From the NCBI GenBank assembly GCA_041674405.1, contig JBAYVT010000003.1, positions 90,001 to 122,000 of the forward strand: 32,000 nt of DNA, written 5' to 3'. This DNA comes from Patescibacteria group bacterium (GTDB lineage: Bacteria; Patescibacteriota; UBA1384; XYA2-FULL-43-10). Positions within the stretch are counted from its first letter, which is position 1. Every line of letters begins with the position of its first letter. The notes under the pieces are model-generated. The model saw nothing but the letters and a program-made list of their open reading frames with translations. It had not been told where the DNA came from and made no database searches. The position numbers were made by a program, and so were the translations under genes. This document shows, one piece after another, positions 24,860-32,000 of this stretch.

Positions 24860-27211
24860 TTAGCGATCGATAATTTCCGAAAGCATAAGCCGCTTCTCAA
24901 CCGAAGCAATGATTCGCCGTGTAGGCACGATCATATCCGGTGAGACCGAGACAGAAGTTGTGCCAGCCTTCACCATCATTTCGGTGATTTCCGGATATAC
25001 ACTAGGAGCTTGGCCACAGATCGAGCAAGTGACATTTCGCGCACGGCAAGTTTTTATGACGTATTGGATCGAAGACACAACCGCTTCATTTCTTTCGTCA
25101 AATAACGCAGCCAGATCCTGATTGTCGCGGTCTGCTCCCAAGGTTAGCTGGGTCAGATCATTCGAACCAATGGATATGCCGTCAATCCCAAGATCGAGAA
25201 ATTTATCAAGCAAAATTACATTGGAAGGAATTTCACACATCATCCAAAGCTTAAAATCCGGTGATTGGATTAGGCCATTATCTTCCACGAGCTTTTTAAC
25301 TTTTTTCATTTCGTCAACGGTACGAACAAACGGAATCATGAGCCACAAATTTTTGAGATCATATTCATCCCGAACCCTCTTGATCGCATCTAGTTCCAAT
25401 TTGAAAAGATCAGGCTCTTTGATATAGCGGGAAGCGCCACGATAGCCAATCATCGGATTGTTCTCTGCCGGCTCATATTTTTCACCGCCCTTTAAACCTT
25501 TATATTCATTTGTTTTAAAATCTGTCGCGCGGTAAACTACCGGACGAGGAGCAAATGCCTGGGCAATGGTTCGCATACCTTCTACGAGCTTGTCTGTGTA
25601 TTCTTTCCCTCTTCCCGCCTCAAACATTGCTCTCGGGTGTTCACCAATTTCGGCTATCATGAATTCCGCGCGCAAAAGACCAACTCCATCAACCGGTTCT
25701 GCCGCTATTTTTTCTGCAAGATGCGGCTCGGCTAAATTGACATAAACTTTTGTGCCGGTAACCGGAACTTCCTCAGAAACAAGTTTGCCAGCAGGAGTCC
25801 CTGGAGCCGTTGCGACATCTTCAGGGGCCGACTGGCTTTTGATTTTGCCTTTATAGACCAAGCCCTTGCCGCCATCGACAGTGATCATTTGCCCAGTTTT
25901 AAGAACATGAGTAGCGGTGCCGGTGCCAACAACGCAAGGAATGCCCAATTCACGCGAGACAATAGCTGCATGGCAAGTTCGTCCTCCGGTATCGGTAACG
26001 ATAGCTTTGGCACGGCGCATCGCCGGCACAAAATCAGGAGTTGTTTGCTCAGTGACAAGCACATCGCCAGAAACGACCTTGTCTATTTCGTCAGGTTTAT
26101 GAATAAGTTTGACCGGTCCAAATGCTGTGCCTAGAGACGCTGCAGCACCCTTTAAGAGTACTTCCGCTTTCCCGGCATCAATATCCCCTTGTTCTTGTGT
26201 CCCCGGCTGCTCTAATTTCTCATCTCGATTTTCGATTTTCCGCTTACCCAAAGTCGTGATCGGCCTTGACTGCACCATATAAATCTTTCCCCTTTCAATA
26301 GCAAATTCCGTATCCTGCGGTTTACCATAATGTTTTTCGATAAGCAAGCCGATTTTCGCCAGCGCAATAATTTGATCATCGGTAAGTTTTTGTTTTTTGC
26401 GCAACTCTGCTGGAACATTTACATGCTTTTCGCCCTCTCTTCCGGATTTGACAATTTTCCAGGGTTGTTCATTAATTTCTTTTTCAAGAATTTCAAAAGG
26501 ATCTTTCGATATCACGTATCTGTCTGGAGTGACAGAACCGGAGACTAAGGCCTCGCCGTAGCCGTAACCGGCTTCGATAGAAAGTTTGTTCAGATCTTCA
26601 GAAACAGGGTCGACGGTAAACATTATTCCCGAAAACTCAGAATCAACCATAACTTGCACAGGAACCGCTAAGCCAACCTTCATATGATCAAATTTATTGA
26701 TAATGCGATAATAAATCGCCCTTGCCTCGAAGAGCGAGGCAAAGCACTTTTGAACCGCTTCTACCACTTCGTTACCTCCGGTGATATTCAAAAAAGTGGC
26801 TTGCTGACCGGCAAATGAAGCATCAGGCAAATCTTCCGCAGTTGCGGACGACCTTACTGCAACAGAAAATCCACCCAGCTCCCTGTAGTGTTCTTTGATT
26901 TCCTTGATAAGATCGGCCGGCATTTTTGCGGCGATAATTGCCGATTTAATTTTTTTTGCAACATTATTAAGCTCGCGGCTTTTTTCTGGATCGAGACCTT
27001 TCAGAGAACTGATGATTTTTGAGCGAAGGTTTGTTTTCTCGAGAAAATAAAAATAGGCGTTAGCGGTGACGATAAATCCATTTGGTACTGGAATTTTAGC
27101 GTTATATAGCTCACCAAGGTTTGCGCCCTTGCCACCAACCCGTGGAATATCTTCCTTGTGCGCTTCAGAGAACCACAATATAAGCTTTGGGTTTTTCTTT
27201 TTCTTAAGCAT
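24860..27211 (-). CDS. ppsA: Phosphoenolpyruvate synthase (pyruvate, water dikinase)
   Basis: N-terminal ATP-grasp (GGKGANLGE), phospho-His domain GGRTCHAAIVSRELGIPCVVG, and C-terminal PEP-utilizer barrel (GISIGSNDLTQL). I chose the ATG at 27211 after AGGAGGGG; the track start at 27247 is rejected. Confidence 0.88.
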   Translation of the reverse strand: MLKKKKNPKLILWFSEAHKEDIPRVGGKGANLGELYNAKIPVPNGFIVTANAYFYFLEKTNLRSKIISSLKGLDPEKSRELNNVAKKIKSAIIAAKMPADLIKEIKEHYRELGGFSVAVRSSATAEDLPDASFAGQQATFLNITGGNEVVEAVQKCFASLFEARAIYYRIINKFDHMKVGLAVPVQVMVDSEFSGIMFTVDPVSEDLNKLSIEAGYGYGEALVSGSVTPDRYVISKDPFEILEKEINEQPWKIVKSGREGEKHVNVPAELRKKQKLTDDQIIALAKIGLLIEKHYGKPQDTEFAIERGKIYMVQSRPITTLGKRKIENRDEKLEQPGTQEQGDIDAGKAEVLLKGAAASLGTAFGPVKLIHKPDEIDKVVSGDVLVTEQTTPDFVPAMRRAKAIVTDTGGRTCHAAIVSRELGIPCVVGTGTATHVLKTGQMITVDGGKGLVYKGKIKSQSAPEDVATAPGTPAGKLVSEEVPVTGTKVYVNLAEPHLAEKIAAEPVDGVGLLRAEFMIAEIGEHPRAMFEAGRGKEYTDKLVEGMRTIAQAFAPRPVVYRATDFKTNEYKGLKGGEKYEPAENNPMIGYRGASRYIKEPDLFKLELDAIKRVRDEYDLKNLWLMIPFVRTVDEMKKVKKLVEDNGLIQSPDFKLWMMCEIPSNVILLDKFLDLGIDGISIGSNDLTQLTLGADRDNQDLAALFDERNEAVVSSIQYVIKTCRARNVTCSICGQAPSVYPEITEMMVKAGTTSVSVSPDMIVPTRRIIASVEKRLMLSEIIDR

Positions 27212-27246
27212 GCCCCTCCTACCCGCTCCGCGGGGAAATCTAATCA

Positions 27247-27320
27247 CTAAATCCTAAACTCTAAATATGTTTTGAAATTGATTTTTGTATTTCGAATTTG
27301 TTAAAAATTTAGGATTTAGG
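27247..27320 (-). promoter_or_regulatory. ppsA 5'-leader inverted repeat (CCTAAATCCTAAA ... TTTAGGATTTAG)
   Basis: 12-bp complementary arms at 27247-27258 and 27308-27320, downstream of the extended -10 box TGGTACAAT (27349..27341). The arm sequence is the same as in the rpoD leader. Confidence 0.5.
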
Positions 27321-27362
27321 TTTTTGAATTTAACAATGTAATTGTACCACAAATATCAAGGG

Positions 27363-27824
27363 TCAATCACTACTTACAAGCTCATTAAAAACCTTCTTTG
27401 CAAGATCGAAGTCATAACCTTTTCTGTATAGGCTTCCCAAAATTTTTTGATAGAGCCTTCCACGATCAGTATCTTTGTTCCTGTCAAGAATCTTCTGACC
27501 GATTTCGAGCGCATTTTTATATTCGAGATCTGAATCAATATTTGATAATACATCTTCTATTAACCCGCTTGATATATGTGCCTTTATCAGGCGAACTTTA
27601 ATTTTTTGCTTCCCCTCGCCAGATAATGATTTGGAACGAACCATATTTTTTGCAAATTTCTCATCATCAAGAAATTTTTTCTGGATCAAAAATTGGATTG
27701 TTTCTTCTATTTCATTCTCGGGAAATTCTTTCAATTTGAGTTTGTTTCGAACTTCAAAAATGCTTCTGTCTCGAAGCTCGAGTAAATATAGCGCATAATT
27801 AAGCGGGCTATCTATTTTTTTCAT
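27363..27824 (-). CDS. recX: RecX family regulatory protein
   Basis: YALYLLELRDRSIFEVRNKL and three-helix repeat organisation, located immediately downstream of recA. Confidence 0.75.
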   Translation of the reverse strand: MKKIDSPLNYALYLLELRDRSIFEVRNKLKLKEFPENEIEETIQFLIQKKFLDDEKFAKNMVRSKSLSGEGKQKIKVRLIKAHISSGLIEDVLSNIDSDLEYKNALEIGQKILDRNKDTDRGRLYQKILGSLYRKGYDFDLAKKVFNELVSSD

Positions 27825-27914
27825 TACTTAATCAGGTAGATTTTTCACTCGACCCAAAGGGTCCCCTTTCCTGAAGGAAAGCCCTAGGCTTGGGGTTCAG
27901 AATGACAATCTTTG

Positions 27915-28961
27915 CTACAGCGCCTCATTTCGCGCCTTGTCTTCGGCAACGGACTTATCTTTTATTTCTTCAGCAATCTTCGGGTTTTGCTTCAAAAATT
28001 CTCTGGCACCTTCCTTGCCTTGGCCAAGTTTCTCGTCGCCATATGAAAGCCAGGCACCGGCCTTATCTACAATTCCAAATTTGATTCCAAGATCAACAAG
28101 TTCTCCTTCATAATCGATGCCCTGATTGAACATAATGTCGAATTCCGCAGTTTTGAATGGGGGAGCAACTTTGTTTTTGACAACTTTAACAGCCACATGA
28201 TTCCCAACCTGATCCTCGCCTCGTTTCAAAACTGCTTTGCGGCGAATATCTAAACGGACAGATGAATAAAACTTTAACGCATTTCCGCCAGTCGTCGTTT
28301 CAGGATTCCCAAACATCACACCGATTTTCATACGAATCTGGTTGATAAAGATTAATACTGTTTTTGATTTGGCAACAGCGCCAGTCAATTTGCGAAGTGC
28401 TTGTGACATCAGCCTAGCCTGAACGCCCATCATCGAATCACCCATCTCGCCTTCTATTTCCGCTCGCGGAACCAGGGCAGCAACAGAATCAACAACGATG
28501 ACATCTAGAGCATTGGAACGGATAAGCGTCTCTGTTATCTCTAGCGCTTGTTCGCCGTTATCCGGCTGGGAAATAAGCAGATTTTCAAGGTCAACGCCAA
28601 TTTTCTTGGCATATTCCGGGTCAAGCGCATGCTCGGCATCGATGAATGCCGCATTTCCACCGCGTTTTTGGGCCTGTGCCACAATTGACAAAGAAAGAGT
28701 CGTTTTACCGGACGATTCCGGACCATAGATTTCGATCACTCGGCCGCGTGGCACACCGCCAACACCGAGCGCAAGATCAAGTGCAAGTGAACCAGTCGGA
28801 ATTGTTTCCACGTTTAGGCGAGCGCCATCGCGCATTGTCATTATTGCGCCCTTGCCAAATTGTTTTTCTATCGAAGACAACGCTGCCTCCAGCGCCATCG
28901 ATTTGCCACTGCTTACGGATTTTTTATTTTCAATTTCCTCTTCGCCTTTTTTTCTCGCCAT
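27915..28961 (-). CDS. recA: Recombinase RecA
   Basis: Walker [10 protein letters not shown] plus canonical RecA blocks ([51 protein letters not shown]). Confidence 0.97.
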   Translation of the reverse strand: MARKKGEEEIENKKSVSSGKSMALEAALSSIEKQFGKGAIMTMRDGARLNVETIPTGSLALDLALGVGGVPRGRVIEIYGPESSGKTTLSLSIVAQAQKRGGNAAFIDAEHALDPEYAKKIGVDLENLLISQPDNGEQALEITETLIRSNALDVIVVDSVAALVPRAEIEGEMGDSMMGVQARLMSQALRKLTGAVAKSKTVLIFINQIRMKIGVMFGNPETTTGGNALKFYSSVRLDIRRKAVLKRGEDQVGNHVAVKVVKNKVAPPFKTAEFDIMFNQGIDYEGELVDLGIKFGIVDKAGAWLSYGDEKLGQGKEGAREFLKQNPKIAEEIKDKSVAEDKARNEAL

Positions 28962-29092
28962 AATATCTCCCTGCTTAATTCAAATATTTTGTCTCAAATC
29001 TTAAATAATAATTGCTAATTTCTAATAAAAAACAAACTTCCCAGATTTTGCGCTTAGCATTTTGAAGTTTGAATTTTAGCTTTATTTTTGTT

Positions 29093-29803
29093 TCAGTTTG
29101 ATACCCGTATTGGGATGGCTTCTGCTGTCACCGGTTTGTATTCGACGGTATAAGTCAGCGCTTTCTCTTTGTTGGTTTTTCCCTGGGATTTTACCTCGAT
29201 AACGTTTACGCCTTTTTGTAATTTGTATTCAGTTGCAAACTGGCCATCTGAAGAAACCTGAATCTGGTCTTTGTTAACATAAACTTTTGCGCTTGTATCG
29301 GTAACACCGGTAATTTCTATCACATCTTTATCAAACACGGCATTATCGTTCGGCGATATTACCTGAAGTTCCGGTGCGCCTGCAAATCCATAAACCTGAT
29401 AAACAATGTATCCAAATACTGCAATTATGAATGTACTGATCAAAACAGGAACAAAAAGGCGTGGCGTTAAGAGAAATTTCATTTCCTTTATATTTCTTTG
29501 CGGCAGGATATTTCCCTCTTCTTTCGAAAATCTGATATTTTTTTCTTTTTGGTACTTTTCAAGTATTTTTTTCTCGTCTAATCCTAAATATTTTGCATAA
29601 CGCAAAACAAAACCTTTGGTGTAAGCATCGGCCGGCAAATTCTTCCAATCATCTTCCTCGAGAGCTTCCAAAAACTTGCCGCGAATTTTGGTTTCCATTT
29701 CAGCATCAAGCAGAGAAATCTTTTTGCGCGCTCTTGCGCGCTTGAGTTTCTGCCCAAGTGTTGGGTCTGTTTTAATTTTTCGAAGTGAAAATCCGGCAGT
29801 CAT
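29093..29803 (-). CDS. RodZ-like HTH membrane protein
   Basis: N-terminal XRE-type HTH (LGQKLKRARARKKISLLDAEMETKIRGKFLEALE), one TM segment, and a C-terminal beta domain. Confidence 0.65.
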   Translation of the reverse strand: MTAGFSLRKIKTDPTLGQKLKRARARKKISLLDAEMETKIRGKFLEALEEDDWKNLPADAYTKGFVLRYAKYLGLDEKKILEKYQKEKNIRFSKEEGNILPQRNIKEMKFLLTPRLFVPVLISTFIIAVFGYIVYQVYGFAGAPELQVISPNDNAVFDKDVIEITGVTDTSAKVYVNKDQIQVSSDGQFATEYKLQKGVNVIEVKSQGKTNKEKALTYTVEYKPVTAEAIPIRVSN

Positions 29804-29980
29804 TTCTTAAGTCCGTAGTTAGTAGCCCTTAGTGAAAATTCAAAAAGCAAAATTATTGATTTTGTTTGTTTCTGACACTTTGTTTTGGTGTTTTATATTT
29901 CGGGAAAAGTTGTAATTCTAATCGTGGATTTATCGGTGCCAAATCAGTGGAATAAATTATTGGTCGTTCTCATCAAATTA

Positions 29981-32000
29981 TTAATGGTAAAAGTTGTTAT
30001 ATTCATCCTTGTCATCCGGAACATCGTCGCCTGACGGAATGAAACCTTCCGAGCCCGTATCAGAAACCAGAACGTCTCTGGGTTTGGCACCATCGGCCGG
30101 CCCGATTGCCCCGTTTTCTTCCAGAATATCTAGAAGCCGTGCAGCCCTAGCATACCCTATTCGAAGCCGTCTTTGCAAAAGTGAAGCCGAAGCCTTGCCT
30201 GCTTGCATCACAACTTTAAGCGCATCATCATACAAATCGTCCTCGGCTGAACCATCACCAAATGCGCCGCTTGACCCTTTGGACGATTTAAATTGCAATA
30301 TTGTGTCATCATAATCAGGCGGGCTCAATTCTTTCAAAAAATCAACCAAGTCATTGATTTCTTTATCAGACACGAAACAACCTTGAATACGGCGTGGCTT
30401 TGTGAGTCCATTGCCGACAAACAGCATGTCGCCGTTGCCAAGTAGTTTTTCCGCGCCGGACATATCAAGAATCGTGCGCGAATCAACTTGTGAAGCAGTA
30501 GCAAAGGCAATTCGGCAAGTAATATTTGCCTTGATCAAACCTGTTAGAACATCAACGGATGGGCGCTGCGTTGCAACAATCAAGTGCATCCCGGTTGCTC
30601 GCGCCATTTGTGCCAGGCGGACGATCGAACCCTCAACCTCGTTGGCTGAAGTCGCCATAAGATCCGCTAACTCGTCGATAACAATGACAATATAAGGTAA
30701 CTTTCCTTCTGGGCCGGGGCTCTCATTATAAGCAGTGATATTCCTCTTCCCTAATTCTGAAAACATTTTGTAACGGCGTTCCATTTCCCAAATTGCCCAC
30801 TTTAAGGCAGACACCGTTTTGCCGACCTCGGTCACAACTGGCGTCAAAAGATGTGGAATATCATTGTAGTTTGTAAGTTCAACTCTCTTTGGGTCAACCA
30901 TTAGCAGTTTCAGGTCGTTTGGCGAATTATGGAAAAGAAACGTCGTAATGATTGTATTGATACAGACCGATTTGCCCGAACCGGTAGCACCAGCGATTAA
31001 GACATGGGGCATTTTTTCAAGGTCAACAGCATATGAGGTACCGGCCACATCTCGCCCAAGGGCAATGGTTAGCTTTGACTTAACTGCCTTGAATTCTTGC
31101 GAGACCATCACCTCTTTCAATGTAACTTTTGCCGGCACTTTGTTCGGATTCTCGATGCCGACAGAGGATTTGCCGGGAATCGGTGCTTCCATACGAAGGC
31201 TCTTGGATGCTAGGGCGAGCGCCAAGTCGTTGGCGCGAGCAGTAATCTGATTTAACTTCACGCCCTCAACCGGCTTAAAAGTGTACTGCGTGACCGTTGG
31301 GCCAATATTGACTTCCCCCATTACTATGTCAATTCCAAAGTTTTTGAGTGTTTTTTGAATAACTTCAACATTTTTCTGAATATTGCCCGGATTGGCAACG
31401 TCGTCAGAGTCCTTTAAAATTTCAACCGGCGGATACTGCCAGCTCATATCTCTGGCAACAATTCTTGGTTCTGCCTCAATCACCGGTGCCTTCGCCACCC
31501 CCTCTCGCGGTTTCTTCATCGATGCTAGCTTGTTTCTTAGTGTCTTAAAAACCGAAACCCGGTTTCCACGATTTACCTTAACATCATCGTCGTCTTCCTT
31601 GTTTCCTTTCGCACTCTCCCAGCCAAATAACTGAGTGAATGAAATATTAAAAATCATCATCAGCGCAATAACGTCTAGTGCAAATGTGATAAGAAAAGAT
31701 GCAAACAAACCGACGCCCTTTCGAAGCGGATCAGAGATCATATAACCCAAAATCCCTCCGCCAGAACCCGCAAATGCGGCCTCTCGAGTGTCTAAAAGCG
31801 GGATAAAAAGATGAAGTGTTGCAGATAAAAATATGATCAACAGGATAAACCCGATGAACCTAGAAACCCTTTGCTTGTCGCGATTCGGAAATAAAAGGAG
31901 CACGCCGAACCAAAAAATAATTATTGGGAAAACATAGCCAGGAAAACTTCCAAAGATTTTGCGTATTATATGCGCTACCGAACTGCCAAAATTTCCCGCC
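29981..32000 (-). CDS. ftsK: DNA translocase FtsK (N-terminus extends beyond the right window edge)
   Basis: Motor domain with Walker A GATGSGKS, Walker B IVIDELADL, and a C-terminal gamma winged helix (LLQRRLRIGYARAARLLD). I hand-checked that the frame stays open from 31903 to 32000 (AGNFGSSVAHIIRKIFGSFPGYVFPIIIFWFG). Confidence 0.93.
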   Translation of the reverse strand, partial: AGNFGSSVAHIIRKIFGSFPGYVFPIIIFWFGVLLLFPNRDKQRVSRFIGFILLIIFLSATLHLFIPLLDTREAAFAGSGGGILGYMISDPLRKGVGLFASFLITFALDVIALMMIFNISFTQLFGWESAKGNKEDDDDVKVNRGNRVSVFKTLRNKLASMKKPREGVAKAPVIEAEPRIVARDMSWQYPPVEILKDSDDVANPGNIQKNVEVIQKTLKNFGIDIVMGEVNIGPTVTQYTFKPVEGVKLNQITARANDLALALASKSLRMEAPIPGKSSVGIENPNKVPAKVTLKEVMVSQEFKAVKSKLTIALGRDVAGTSYAVDLEKMPHVLIAGATGSGKSVCINTIITTFLFHNSPNDLKLLMVDPKRVELTNYNDIPHLLTPVVTEVGKTVSALKWAIWEMERRYKMFSELGKRNITAYNESPGPEGKLPYIVIVIDELADLMATSANEVEGSIVRLAQMARATGMHLIVATQRPSVDVLTGLIKANITCRIAFATASQVDSRTILDMSGAEKLLGNGDMLFVGNGLTKPRRIQGCFVSDKEINDLVDFLKELSPPDYDDTILQFKSSKGSSGAFGDGSAEDDLYDDALKVVMQAGKASASLLQRRLRIGYARAARLLDILEENGAIGPADGAKPRDVLVSDTGSEGFIPSGDDVPDDKDEYNNFYH

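Noticed and set aside
23914-24909. Four track ORFs (23914..24144, 24108..24431, 24400..24678, 24625..24909) covering the tRNA and the GC-rich block.
   Set aside because: They overlap a clear tRNA-Ser and each other on both strands. They have no RBS and give low-complexity R/S/P/G-rich translations. The region is better explained as structured RNA.
27212-27247. Upstream extension of ppsA to the track start at 27247 (MIRFPRGAGRRG...).
   Set aside because: The AGGAGGGG RBS lies inside this extension, immediately before the ATG at 27211. The extension is R/G-rich and not conserved-looking.
1-32000. CRISPR arrays, rRNA genes, IS elements or transposases, and alternative genetic code.
   Set aside because: I saw no regularly spaced direct repeats, no rRNA-like conserved blocks and no transposase or integrase motifs. 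TGA, TAA and TAG all terminate well-supported genes, which is consistent with the standard code.

Overview
The window is an AT-rich, gene-dense bacterial chromosome segment. By gene content and compactness it looks like a small-genome, CPR/Patescibacteria-like organism, but that is inference only. The right two thirds carry a housekeeping backbone, almost all on the minus strand: rbr (plus strand), rpoD, dnaG, a Nudix hydrolase, def, an EamA transporter, tRNA-Ser(GGA), ppsA, recX, recA, a RodZ-like protein and ftsK. The ftsK gene runs off the right edge. The left 12 kb is an accessory mix of small membrane, secreted and cysteine-rich proteins. It includes a signal-peptide protein that runs off the left edge and is missing from the ORF track. 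Four things stand out. (1) Three visibly GC-rich coding segments lie in the AT-rich background (about 8256-8640, 17391-18600 and 19190-20830). In each, the composition jump coincides with the CDS while the promoter stays AT-rich. The largest encodes a PurC-PurE fusion whose motifs resemble animal PAICS. (2) A 0.72 kb GC-rich ORF-free block sits between ppsA and tRNA-Ser. It has two near-consensus promoters and many perfect hairpins, so it is one or two structured ncRNAs. RNase P RNA is the best guess for the larger one, but the fit is imperfect. (3) The rpoD and ppsA 5' leaders share the same 11-12 bp inverted repeat (AAATCCTAAAC / GTTTAGGATTT). (4) A surface-protein gene appears split by a frameshift, and several genes look leaderless. 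I saw no CRISPR array, rRNA, transposase or integrase. All homology calls come from motif recognition by eye, not from database searches.
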